The position numbers and the translations under genes were made by a program. The notes under the pieces are model-generated. The model worked only from the letters and a program-made list of their open reading frames with translations. It did no database searches and was not told the origin of the DNA. A DNA stretch of 64,000 bases from the NCBI GenBank assembly GCA_937915175.1, contig CALDNA010000050.1, forward strand, positions 11,581 to 75,580, in the 5' to 3' direction. Position 1 is the stretch's first letter; every line of letters starts with the position of its first letter. This document shows positions 52,632-62,272 of the stretch, in pieces. This DNA comes from an uncultured euryarchaeote (lineage in GTDB: Archaea > Thermoplasmatota > Poseidoniia > Poseidoniales > Poseidoniaceae).

Positions 52632-54359
52632 ATGCCTGTCACCCTCGCTTCGGTGGATTTCCCCAAGCGCCCGGGTGTTTATTTGTTCAAAACCAACCAA
52701 GGGCGCGTCCTCTATGTTGGGAAGGCAACGAAACTGAATGAACGAATTCGCTCCTATTTTGCTCAAACTCCAGACCGGCAAATGATCCCCGAACTTGTCA
52801 AGCGTTCCGATGACATTGAGTGCATCGTCACCAATTCGCCAGAAGAGGCCTTGATCCTTGAGCGCCAACTGATTCGCCAGCATAAACCGCGGTATAATTC
52901 AATGCTCAAGGATGACAAATCATACCCCTATTTGGTGTTAACAAAGGAAGAGATTCCGAGAATCATGTACACCAGGCACCCCCCAAAAGCAAGCCTGAGA
53001 TGGGGGCCGTTCCCAAACGCTGGTGCTGCAAAACAAGTCATGCAATTGCTGCGGAGGCAATTTGGAATTCGAGATTGCAAGGAATTGCTTCCCCAAGGAT
53101 GCTTGTCAATGCACATTGGATTGTGCGCTGGACCTTGCATTGATGCAACGGGATACACTCAGCGCGTGAACACCGCTCGTCGAATCTTAAACGGTGACGC
53201 TGTTGCTTTGCTGGAAGAATTAGCTCAAGAGATGGATGAGGCTTCTGAATCAATGGAATTCGAGCAAGCAGCGGCTCATAGAGACACCATACGAGCGGTC
53301 CGTGCAACAACAGGCCAACACGTTGTATCGAGCAAAGTCTACCGTGATTGCGATGCGATTGGTATTGTAGCACAAGGAGAAATGGCTGCCGTGGTGGTCA
53401 TGCATGCCGATCAAGGTGTGGTCAAGGGTCAAGAGGTGTGGCCGATGGTGCATCGAGGTGACCTTGGAGAAACTGTGGCCAACTTTGTGGCGGAGCATTA
53501 CGCCAACAGACGCCCTCCAAGGTTGCTCTTGACTCCAACTCCACTGTTGAACGGGGTCGAAGAATGGTTGTGCACGCGACGGGACGCTAAGGTCGAAGTT
53601 CGTACGCCCCTCCGTGGCGATTTAGTGACCTTGCTCACCCTCGCTCGACAGAACGCTGACATCCAAATGACCCGATTAGCAAACGCAACCAGCGGATCGT
53701 TAGAACAACGCGCAGCCAACGACGGAGCCGCTGTGCTAGGAATGGATCAATTGAATCATATCGTTTGCTTCGACATGTCTCAACTGCTGGGCGATGAACG
53801 GGTTGGTGGAAGCGTGACCTTTCGCAATGGAAGGCCCACGAAGAAAGAGTACCGGACCTACATTGTCAAGAGCGACGCAATGGATGACCTGCGCATGATG
53901 CGAGAAGTGGTTGAACGATGGCTGAAGCGCCAAGACTCCTGGCCAGATTTGCTTCTCCTCGACGGTGGTGAAACTCATTTGTCCACAATCACCGCCTTGC
54001 TCAAGGAGCATGAGGTGCTCGATCAATTTGCACTCGCCGCTTTGGCAAAGCGTGAGGAAACAATTTACAGGAATGGCCAAGAACCTATCATCTTGGATCG
54101 AAAAGGCAGAGTCATGGTCCATGCCCGTGATGAAGCGCATCGCTTTGTCAACACCTATCACCGAAAACGACGTGGGCGAAGCAGGCTTTCTGATCCGTTA
54201 GAACAAGTGGAAGGTTTGGGCGCTAAGAAGATGCAAAATCTGCTTCGGCATTTTGGTGGGAGGCAAGGCATTCAACATGCATCGGCTGACAACTTGATGA
54301 CCGTCCCCGGGATTGGACCAGCGCTTGCTAAGCGGATTTATGACGCCCTTCACGGATGA
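52632..54359 (+). CDS. uvrC: excinuclease ABC subunit C
   Basis: GIY-YIG (PGVYLFKTNQGRVLYVGKATKLNERIRSYF), UVR domain (MEFEQAAAHRDTIRAV), endonuclease region, and C-terminal HhH (LMTVPGIGPALAKRIYDAL). Start trimmed from 52338. Confidence 0.9.
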   Translation: MPVTLASVDFPKRPGVYLFKTNQGRVLYVGKATKLNERIRSYFAQTPDRQMIPELVKRSDDIECIVTNSPEEALILERQLIRQHKPRYNSMLKDDKSYPYLVLTKEEIPRIMYTRHPPKASLRWGPFPNAGAAKQVMQLLRRQFGIRDCKELLPQGCLSMHIGLCAGPCIDATGYTQRVNTARRILNGDAVALLEELAQEMDEASESMEFEQAAAHRDTIRAVRATTGQHVVSSKVYRDCDAIGIVAQGEMAAVVVMHADQGVVKGQEVWPMVHRGDLGETVANFVAEHYANRRPPRLLLTPTPLLNGVEEWLCTRRDAKVEVRTPLRGDLVTLLTLARQNADIQMTRLANATSGSLEQRAANDGAAVLGMDQLNHIVCFDMSQLLGDERVGGSVTFRNGRPTKKEYRTYIVKSDAMDDLRMMREVVERWLKRQDSWPDLLLLDGGETHLSTITALLKEHEVLDQFALAALAKREETIYRNGQEPIILDRKGRVMVHARDEAHRFVNTYHRKRRGRSRLSDPLEQVEGLGAKKMQNLLRHFGGRQGIQHASADNLMTVPGIGPALAKRIYDALHG

Positions 54360-57300
54360 TCAATCAAAGAGCACATCGCCAAGATCTTCATCGGCTGCAT
54401 CCGTCACATCAAACGAAACCTCGTCAAACGGGGATTTTTTCAGGCCTTCCGAGCTCACGGCCTCTTCAATCGAAACGACGCTCGATAGGGCCGAAGTGGC
54501 AACGGCGGAAGGGGGCGCTTGAGGAAGAGGTGGAACAGAAGGGGCGTTGGGGGTCACTTGCAATTGTTCAAGGTCCCCATGCAGTGCTTCGCTATGGAAT
54601 CCGGAAAGATCTGCGAACTCGGCGTTGCCCAATTTAGGCTTGGAGGCAGATGCGGATCTAGCCCTGCGAATCTTTCTTATTCGCTTCTTCTTTCTGCGAC
54701 GACGAACGTAAAGCAAGAGCAAAATGAGGATAATAGCGGGGTACTTCCAAAATTGCACCAAGAAGTACAACCAGGTGAGGTGGAGTTGGAACGTGATGGT
54801 GTCTTCAACATCACCAGCAGGCAACGTGTATGTGATTTGTTGGCGCCCATCAACCATCACGTCTTCGATGTTGCCTTCAGCGGATTCGAGGTTTTTCAGA
54901 GTAATCCCTCTTGGAAGGGTCACAGTGAATGGCCCGTTCACTGCCACTTCGAATTCCTTTTGCAGTTCATGTGGCATGGTGTTGAAGTTTAATGGAACAG
55001 AAATGGTACCGTCTGAGTCCTCATCAGGAAGGGTTACGCCATCCCATTGGACAATGCTGTTCGTCAGCATACCGGTAACCCCTTGCATAAGCATGGCCAT
55101 TGGTTCGATGAACATCGAACGGATTGCATCCGCTACGAGACTCAATTGAATGCCGGAGGTGTCTCCGTCGCGAAGTTTACCTAAATCGCCTCCAATGCTG
55201 AGTTCAAATTGGACCTTTGGGATTTTGAGTGTCAGACTCAGTGGCTCTTCATCGCTGACAATAAGGTCAGGGGCACCAACGCCCTTGAGCCGCGTTTGAA
55301 TCTCAAAAGCACTGATGTCGATTTCTTTAAAATTGATGTGTTTGTTATCCATCAACAACTGAGAATATTCGTGGAGGAAAAGCGTGAACAACTCTCCTGT
55401 TCGTTTTACAAAGGTTGCAAGTCCTTCGGCTGTAAATTCAAACGTAAGGCTTTCGTTGCAAATGCTAAGTCCAGGCCGGCAAAGGAGTTCACCGATTTCA
55501 AAAGTACGGTTCATTGGATTGTCCACCCTGCTCGCAATTTCAAGTCCGAGTCGAATTAAATCAGAAGGCAACGCCTCGAGCATCACGCTGTGTTCGTCGA
55601 CTTGTGGAATGCGATCGGTCGGAATGCCAATTCGATACACAGATACATCTGCATCCAAGCCAAATTCAAACTCGACGGATTGAGTCCATTCGTTCAGATT
55701 GAATGACATTGCGTCCATTTCTACAGCGGTTGTGACGCAAGTTTTGTTGGTGCTGGGGCAAAGAACATTTTGATTGGCGTCTCGGATGACATGCCGCCAA
55801 TCGTATGGGTTTGTACCAGCAAAGGAAATACGGTTGGTATCATTGCCGGCAAGGGTGTCTTTGAGCACCAAGCGGTCACCGCCAGCAGCGGTCCGGACCC
55901 ATGTTGGCAAGATGATTTCAAGCGTCAGTTCAGAAGGCGGGAGATTTTCAGGAACAATCGCTGAGAGGTAACTGCTGTCAAGTACCGTTTCAAGGGTTAA
56001 TCCAGAGTTCAGCACGCGTTCGAAGTCCGCTTCCTCCAGTTCGTCGATGATCACTGCGAGTTCCTCGTTTTCGTTATTTTCTGCCAAAATGTCGATCAAG
56101 CGCATCGAAAAGGGTTGGCTGGTAGTTTGGAGATAGACTGGGTGTTCAACACCCATTGCCTCTGCGCCGAGTGTACAATAATGCAGATCAACCCCCGCAG
56201 GCGCTACCTCAGTGCAGCCGGTTGAATGGGAATAGTTGAGCCCTCCCGAAGGCATTGAGCCAACAGCAGACCTCGAAGAAATCCATGACATGTTGTTCAT
56301 CTCAATGGTGTCGATTCCCGCTACAGTGGAGGATACGCCTTCCGCAATTACATCGATCGGGAATTGAGAAGTGAAGTTTGACAAGTCGACAAGTCCGTTA
56401 TGATACGCTAGGCGAATGCCGTCTGCGGTCACCAGCGGAACTGTGGCTTGGTCTGCCACCTCCATCAGAGAGATACCCCAGTCTTGCATTGTTTTGTCAT
56501 CCAGATAGTACATACCCGCAACAAAATCCAACGTTGCTGCTGATTCATCGCGCAGGTCTAATGTGATCTGCAGATCAAGAGCCTTGCTTCCTTCAGGCAC
56601 TTCCACAGTTGTTGTGTCAGTGCGATTTCGGTGGCTGATTAACAATTCAACACTTTGGCTCAAGTTTGAGTCAAAGTTTGTTGCTGCCCGATGGTCGATG
56701 ACCCATGAGCCTGAGTTGTAGTTGGGCGTGCCCGCACGCAAGAGGAGTTGGCCTTGGGCGTCAACAGCGTCAATGGTTGCGTAACTTGGAGGGTTGAATA
56801 TGTACGATGCAAGATGGCCTCGTTGAGCGACGAAGTCGAAGGAGGAGGTGATTTCTGTCCCCATAACGAGAAGCCCCTGATAGGCCCGTTCGAGTTTTAG
56901 ATCTGGGTTGGAACCGAGGTTGAACGACGATTGGTCAACTTGGATAATGGCCGATGTCGACAAGCAAATTGGGGGGTAGAAGGCATTGTTTTCTGAAGCG
57001 CCCTCTTCGGCGGAATCGGTTGCTGGATCACTGGAACAAGGTGTCGTGACGGCACCGTTTGTGTATTGGTTGGCAAAATTGGTCGAGACGACAACCTCGC
57101 CCATGCTGGTAAGAGAAGATTCGATGGCTCCACTGATTTCACTTTTGAGTTTATCTTCAACTGTAGCAGAACCCGCACCATCAGTTTCTTGATCAAAGAA
57201 ATTCCGAATCAAGTCGGCTGGGGCTCCGTCGTCTGCTTCCAAACCGTCGTTCGCTAAGTAGGCGTCAAGGTATACATTTGAAAGTCCAAGCAATTCGCGA

Positions 57301-57584
57301 TCGAATTCATAAATGGCCCAAGTCAATTCCAATTCTATCTGCTCGGTGCTCACCATGCTGAACTCATAGGTTCCTTCAATCCAGTCTTGAAAGTCAGGGG
57401 TTCCATCGTCTGCTTCATCGTATGAATCACAAATTCCATCAACCCCAGCACCCGGGTCTTTATCGCAGGATGTCATGCCTGCAGCGGCCGCATAAGGAAC
57501 AAAAATCGAGAGCATCATCACAAAGACGAGCGCGTTGGCAAGAGCTTGCTGGCGGAAGTTTGTCCCGCGTGGCGCATGGCTCAT
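54360..57584 (-). CDS. orphan 1074-aa type-I membrane protein (large non-repetitive ectodomain, TM helix, polybasic stop-transfer, acidic tail)
   Basis: N-terminal helix ALANALVFVMMLSIFVPYAAAAG, C-terminal TM helix YPAIILILLLLYV followed by RRRRKKKRIRKIRRARS, tail ending DEVSFDVTDAADEDLGDVLFD. No family recognised. Confidence 0.8.
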   Translation of the reverse strand: MSHAPRGTNFRQQALANALVFVMMLSIFVPYAAAAGMTSCDKDPGAGVDGICDSYDEADDGTPDFQDWIEGTYEFSMVSTEQIELELTWAIYEFDRELLGLSNVYLDAYLANDGLEADDGAPADLIRNFFDQETDGAGSATVEDKLKSEISGAIESSLTSMGEVVVSTNFANQYTNGAVTTPCSSDPATDSAEEGASENNAFYPPICLSTSAIIQVDQSSFNLGSNPDLKLERAYQGLLVMGTEITSSFDFVAQRGHLASYIFNPPSYATIDAVDAQGQLLLRAGTPNYNSGSWVIDHRAATNFDSNLSQSVELLISHRNRTDTTTVEVPEGSKALDLQITLDLRDESAATLDFVAGMYYLDDKTMQDWGISLMEVADQATVPLVTADGIRLAYHNGLVDLSNFTSQFPIDVIAEGVSSTVAGIDTIEMNNMSWISSRSAVGSMPSGGLNYSHSTGCTEVAPAGVDLHYCTLGAEAMGVEHPVYLQTTSQPFSMRLIDILAENNENEELAVIIDELEEADFERVLNSGLTLETVLDSSYLSAIVPENLPPSELTLEIILPTWVRTAAGGDRLVLKDTLAGNDTNRISFAGTNPYDWRHVIRDANQNVLCPSTNKTCVTTAVEMDAMSFNLNEWTQSVEFEFGLDADVSVYRIGIPTDRIPQVDEHSVMLEALPSDLIRLGLEIASRVDNPMNRTFEIGELLCRPGLSICNESLTFEFTAEGLATFVKRTGELFTLFLHEYSQLLMDNKHINFKEIDISAFEIQTRLKGVGAPDLIVSDEEPLSLTLKIPKVQFELSIGGDLGKLRDGDTSGIQLSLVADAIRSMFIEPMAMLMQGVTGMLTNSIVQWDGVTLPDEDSDGTISVPLNFNTMPHELQKEFEVAVNGPFTVTLPRGITLKNLESAEGNIEDVMVDGRQQITYTLPAGDVEDTITFQLHLTWLYFLVQFWKYPAIILILLLLYVRRRRKKKRIRKIRRARSASASKPKLGNAEFADLSGFHSEALHGDLEQLQVTPNAPSVPPLPQAPPSAVATSALSSVVSIEEAVSSEGLKKSPFDEVSFDVTDAADEDLGDVLFD

Positions 57585-57635
57585 GTTTTTGGCTTACCAC
57601 GCCACATTCATAGGCGTTGCCCCCTTCAGTTAATC

Positions 57636-58817
57636 ATGGAACTTGGTATGGGAAACACCCACCAAGGGTTGGTTGTCTGGACTGCTAAACCGCACGGTGC
57701 TCAACTTCATAGCGCGCTCAAATCGCTTCTGTGGTTAAACTCGCAGGCCCGCTGTGAGCCGATTTCCGAGCATGAAGTTGGATTCCCTTGCCACCAAGTG
57801 AGCGATTTAACCGGAAAGCAAAAGCAGGCATTAGCCTCAATGTTTCCACACCACTATGGACACGCTGTTCGCTTAATCATAGCCCAGGGAGCATCGGTGA
57901 ATCCTCACGAGAGGTTGTTCCGAGCAGTGCACGTTTGGATGGCAGAACGCGGGATCCCCTTTAGCAAAAGTCATGAAGCTGGACTGCCTCAAAAATGGGA
58001 ACGGCTTGGCGACCTTGTCGTCATCAACAAAGCCTCGTTTTCGAATGATGCTTGGCAAAAAACGCTGCACTCCGAAGTGGGCCACAGCAGTAACCTCTGG
58101 GAGAGAGTAGCACGAGCACTCGGGGGAGAACGACTCGCTCAACAGGCGCACATTATGGACAATGCATTACGAAGCCCACAACTAAAATTGCTTCACGGCG
58201 CTGCCACATGGGTGGAATTTTTAGATCATGGCGTTCATTTTGGATTTGACGCCGCTCAAGTGATGTTCTCTTCAGGCAACATCACCGAACGTCACCGAAT
58301 TGGTTCCATCTCCATGGAAGGAGAAACCGTGGTTGATGCCTATGCCGGTGCTGGCTATTACACGCTCCCGATGCTGGTGAGAAGCGATGCTGCGCTCGTG
58401 CACGCATGCGAGATGAACCCTGCATCGATTGAAGCATTGAACTGGGCCGCACGCAAGAATGACGTTGGCTCAAGATTGTTGATCCATCCAGGTGACAACC
58501 AAACAACCCTGCCAATGTTGACAGGGGTTGCTGATCGATGCCACCTTGGCCTCTTGCCATCCTCAGAAGGCGTTTGGCAGCATGCTCTTGCGTGCTTGAA
58601 ACCAACGGGCGGGCGGTTGCATGTTCACATGAACGTACCCAAAGCAGAGATTGAGTCTTGGAAATCACAAACGCTGAACCGTTTGAGCGATTTAGCTAAG
58701 AAAATAGGCAGGCAGTGGGACATCGAAGCCGAACACCTCGAACGGGTGAAGTCGTATTCACCTGGTGTGATTCACGTGGTTCTTGATGTCAAGTGCACGG
58801 CTGCCTCAGCAGCATGA
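57636..58817 (+). CDS. Met-10+ family tRNA modification enzyme (Taw2/TYW2 or Trm5-like)
   Basis: WERLGDLVVIN, QVMFSSGNITERHR, GETVVDAYAGAGYYTLPML, ADRCHLGLLPSSEGVWQHAL, GGRLHVHMNV. Closest to my recollection of TYW2/Taw2. Start trimmed from 57546. Confidence 0.75.
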   Translation: MELGMGNTHQGLVVWTAKPHGAQLHSALKSLLWLNSQARCEPISEHEVGFPCHQVSDLTGKQKQALASMFPHHYGHAVRLIIAQGASVNPHERLFRAVHVWMAERGIPFSKSHEAGLPQKWERLGDLVVINKASFSNDAWQKTLHSEVGHSSNLWERVARALGGERLAQQAHIMDNALRSPQLKLLHGAATWVEFLDHGVHFGFDAAQVMFSSGNITERHRIGSISMEGETVVDAYAGAGYYTLPMLVRSDAALVHACEMNPASIEALNWAARKNDVGSRLLIHPGDNQTTLPMLTGVADRCHLGLLPSSEGVWQHALACLKPTGGRLHVHMNVPKAEIESWKSQTLNRLSDLAKKIGRQWDIEAEHLERVKSYSPGVIHVVLDVKCTAASAA

Positions 58818-58826
58818 CATGCCAAC

Positions 58827-59831
58827 TCATGTTGTGTCTTCAAGCAGAACAGCGTCGTAAGTTGGAGGCGATGTGGAACGTTCGATCCCAAGAGGTGGGT
58901 CGATGCGGCCAACATAAAACACAAGGAAACCAACGATGGCCAGCGTCCCCATTGCCCCCAGACTCAACCCAACAACGCCAAAGGCACCAGTCAAACTCGA
59001 GAACCAAGTTGTTGTGTCCTCCTCCATGGTTCCACCAAATCGAAGCGTACCGTCAGGGTCAGAAACGCCAACCATACGGACTGAAACTATTTCGGTTTCA
59101 TAAGTCGGACGGCCTGCAGAAGATGCTGGATTTTGAATTTGCTCGTCGCCGGTTGGATCGTCTGAGGTCGGCGTCAAAGCAATCGCTCGAACATGGCTCA
59201 TGCCGCTTCGAACGATACCAAATGTTGCGTAGCCTTCATCCTCTCGATTTTCGGGATCTAAATTATGCGCTTCAGTTTCTGCAATGTACCACTGAGCATC
59301 GGCTGAATCAGGATCTTGGCTGCGAGCCATTCCAATCGCACCATCAACATGAGTGAGGTTTGGATTGAGTTCGAGGGGGATCGTGTCGCCGGTGCCGCCG
59401 CTTCCACACTGTGGGCTTGTCAGCGGGTAAAGGCCAACCGTCGAGCAGGTCGGATCGCCGCCTTGGATGACGAAGTCGTCAATCACACGGTGGAAGAAAA
59501 TGCCGTCATAAATCCCATTCTCCACGTTCAAAATCATGTTGTCTGTCGTGATAGGAGCCCATTGTTCAAACAACTCAAGCGTGATGACCCCGAAGGACCT
59601 CGAAGAGAAGTGAGCAGGGACATAAGACACCTCAATCTCCACAATTGCGTTGCCTTGGTAGGTAAACTGCATGGGTGAATCTTCAGGTTCGGGGCCGTCG
59701 GTCCACGAATCTGGATCAACGCCCACATTTCGCCAGCCGCTGTTGCCGGTGTCAGCCGCTGCGAATGGCAGAGCAAGGGCAGTCGTGCACAAAAGGTTCA
59801 GGACGAGCAAGCAGGCCAGTCGTCCATTCAT
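58827..59831 (-). CDS. secreted, C-terminally TM-anchored cyclophilin-type peptidyl-prolyl isomerase
   Basis: Signal peptide MNGRLACLLVLNLLCTTALALPFAAA. Cyclophilin core ITLELFEQWAPITTDNMILNVENGIYDGIFFHRVIDDFVIQGGDP. C-terminal TM helix GAFGVVGLSLGAMGTLAIVGFLVFYV. Start trimmed from 59933. Confidence 0.85.
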   Translation of the reverse strand: MNGRLACLLVLNLLCTTALALPFAAADTGNSGWRNVGVDPDSWTDGPEPEDSPMQFTYQGNAIVEIEVSYVPAHFSSRSFGVITLELFEQWAPITTDNMILNVENGIYDGIFFHRVIDDFVIQGGDPTCSTVGLYPLTSPQCGSGGTGDTIPLELNPNLTHVDGAIGMARSQDPDSADAQWYIAETEAHNLDPENREDEGYATFGIVRSGMSHVRAIALTPTSDDPTGDEQIQNPASSAGRPTYETEIVSVRMVGVSDPDGTLRFGGTMEEDTTTWFSSLTGAFGVVGLSLGAMGTLAIVGFLVFYVGRIDPPLGIERSTSPPTYDAVLLEDTT

Positions 59832-59921
59832 GGTTAGGCGAAGCGGTTCCCCCCCATGAATCGTGCGGAACGAGTTCATCCCAACCCATAGACCAAAAAG
59901 GGGAGACCTTGCCCTCAATTT

Positions 59922-60305
59922 ATGGAACAGCAAGCCAACTTTATGCCAAACTTAACGCTCGGTTACGGAACCTTCCTCCTTCTTTGGGGCGTGGCAATCT
60001 CCGTTCTCTCAGGTTCGGATTCGATCACCTCTTACTTTCCAAGTTTTCTTGGCGTTCCTTTGATGCTTTCTGGCTTTATGACACTACGGATGCCTGAAAA
60101 GCGAAAATTATGGATGCATGTGGCGGCCACATTTGGACTGCTGTGCGCCATTGGGGGTACCCGATTCTTCATGGTCATGAGCGATGGAATCAACTATGCA
60201 TCAGGCTCGATGCTGATGTTGCTCGTGACTGGGACTGCTTACACCGTTGTTTGTGTGCGCTCCTTTATCGCTGCCCGCAAGGCTCGTGAAGCTGCCCAAG
60301 TTTGA
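59922..60305 (+). CDS. small hypothetical membrane protein (about 4 TM)
   Basis: LGYGTFLLLWGVAISVL, FPSFLGVPLMLSGFMTL, HVAATFGLLCAIGG, GSMLMLLVTGTAYTVV. No homology recognised. Confidence 0.5.
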   Translation: MEQQANFMPNLTLGYGTFLLLWGVAISVLSGSDSITSYFPSFLGVPLMLSGFMTLRMPEKRKLWMHVAATFGLLCAIGGTRFFMVMSDGINYASGSMLMLLVTGTAYTVVCVRSFIAARKAREAAQV

Positions 60306-60360
60306 ATCACAAGAAACGGCAAAGCGTCATGCTCTTGAGCAAAGAGGGGTTGGACGAATC

Positions 60361-62262
60361 ATGGCTGATGCGACAGGACCCGTTGACGCCGAGGTCAACG
60401 ATGCGGTGTTGATTGGTGAAATGATGCAGCCAAGCAATGCAAGGCGCCAATTGAATCTTTCAGCCGTCAGCACGATTGCGGTTGCAGTCGTATTCCTTCT
60501 TCTTGCTATGACCTTTGGAGAATCCCTCATTGCCTCGACCAGCGATGAGGATTTTGAAGGAGATTGGTGGGACACACCGTTGCACCTTCGCCATCAAATG
60601 GATTTGCCGATGGACACACTGCGGGCGCAACTTCCGGTCAATGGCACCTATGAGGCGCTCCCTTACACCGAACATTTCATCGAAGTTGAACTTCCAGCAA
60701 GCGAACAGGATGCCGGATTCCCTGGTCCGGCGTTGATGCACGTAGCGCTTTGGTTGCCTAATGTTCCAGAGGGCACACAAGTTCCAGTGATCATGACCAT
60801 TCATCCGTACTATGATTTCGGAGGCGAAGGCATGCCAGGCGTTGGCGAAGATTCCTCTCCAAACACCGTACCTGACGGCGGGGTTGGAAAATGGGTCTAC
60901 GATACCTTCCTGCCTCACGGGTATGCATTCGCACAGGCCTCGACCTTTGGCACAGGACAATCCACTCACTGCCAAGATGTCAAGGGCCTCGGAGAACAAA
61001 CTGGAATCCAAGCCGTTACCGATTGGCTCGGACAACAAAATTGGTCAAACGGAAACGTTGGCTTGATGGGTAAATCATACGCTGGAACTACAAATTGGGA
61101 AGCAGCCCAGAATCCAAGCGAACACCTGAAGACAATCGTTCCAATTTCAGGCTCGATTGGTGTTCAAGAAATGTTCTACCGAAACGGTTCCTCAGAAGCT
61201 CGTGCCATGGGCTATGATGCAGCCTACCAAGCCGCCACCACTGACTTGACAACCGATGACATGCGCGTGTGCGCAGACGATGCGATTGGCCCACTCAACC
61301 CGTTTTCCACATGGGGATGGGCCGAATTTGGAGGAGCGGATTGGAACGATTATTGGGACGAACGACGCCACCTGCCTGATGTGTTGGAAAATTACCGAGG
61401 CAGTGTTTACATCGTTTGGGGCATGCAGGACTGGAACGTCGATCCTTACCACGCGTTCCCGACCTACCAAATGCTGATCGATGCTGGTATCAACGCTCGA
61501 GCCATCTCAGGACAATGGGCGCACAACTACCCAGATCAACCCGACCGCCACAGTGAATTGGACAGCGGATACGGCCAAGAAGCCTATCCAAACATGAGTC
61601 GAATGGACTGGGCTGTGGAACTCTATGGATGGTTCAACTACTACCTCAAGGGCATTGGTGATGAACCAGAGCCAATGGTACAGATGCAAACAAACGACGG
61701 GCGTTGGCACGTTGAGGGCACATGGCCACCTGCCGATGTCATGTGGGACATGCACACCATTGATTCATCGTGGGGCAATCTTGCTACCGTCACTGGCCTC
61801 GGGGGTTCAGCCACCCTGGTGAGTCCCGCATTTGAAAATGAAACGCATATCTCTGGCTTACCAACCTTGCATCTTGATGTCACGACGCAAGCCTGCAACG
61901 GCGGTCAAATCTTTGCCACGCTGTACGATGATACGAACAACCTGCGGTTGGGTCATGCGACCATGGACGTTCGTTACCGAGACGGGGGCCATGAGGCTAA
62001 GCCAGCCCTTCCATTCTCACAATACACGATGTTGATGGAATTCAATCCTCTTGATGTGGTTCTGCCAGCCGGCCATGCCCTGCGATTAGAATTGACTGAA
62101 CAAGGAGAGGATTACCTGCCAGGGCCTTGCGCCACGAACCCGCTGGGCGGGCTCAGCATCAACGGCGGTACCTTTGGACTCCCGCTCATCGATCGCCCTC
62201 CTATGCATGAAGCATGGTTTGAAGCACCTCATTGGTGGGACCAGCAACCAATACCAGCGTGA
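60361..62262 (+). CDS. X-Pro dipeptidyl-peptidase (S15) / CocE-NonD family serine hydrolase, membrane-anchored
   Basis: N-terminal TM helix LSAVSTIAVAVVFLLLAMTF. Nucleophile elbow VGLMGKSYAGTT. C-terminal beta-sandwich region (LHLDVTTQACNGGQIFATLYDD). Start trimmed from 60247. Confidence 0.8.
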   Translation: MADATGPVDAEVNDAVLIGEMMQPSNARRQLNLSAVSTIAVAVVFLLLAMTFGESLIASTSDEDFEGDWWDTPLHLRHQMDLPMDTLRAQLPVNGTYEALPYTEHFIEVELPASEQDAGFPGPALMHVALWLPNVPEGTQVPVIMTIHPYYDFGGEGMPGVGEDSSPNTVPDGGVGKWVYDTFLPHGYAFAQASTFGTGQSTHCQDVKGLGEQTGIQAVTDWLGQQNWSNGNVGLMGKSYAGTTNWEAAQNPSEHLKTIVPISGSIGVQEMFYRNGSSEARAMGYDAAYQAATTDLTTDDMRVCADDAIGPLNPFSTWGWAEFGGADWNDYWDERRHLPDVLENYRGSVYIVWGMQDWNVDPYHAFPTYQMLIDAGINARAISGQWAHNYPDQPDRHSELDSGYGQEAYPNMSRMDWAVELYGWFNYYLKGIGDEPEPMVQMQTNDGRWHVEGTWPPADVMWDMHTIDSSWGNLATVTGLGGSATLVSPAFENETHISGLPTLHLDVTTQACNGGQIFATLYDDTNNLRLGHATMDVRYRDGGHEAKPALPFSQYTMLMEFNPLDVVLPAGHALRLELTEQGEDYLPGPCATNPLGGLSINGGTFGLPLIDRPPMHEAWFEAPHWWDQQPIPA

Positions 62263-62272
62263 GGCATGCCCC

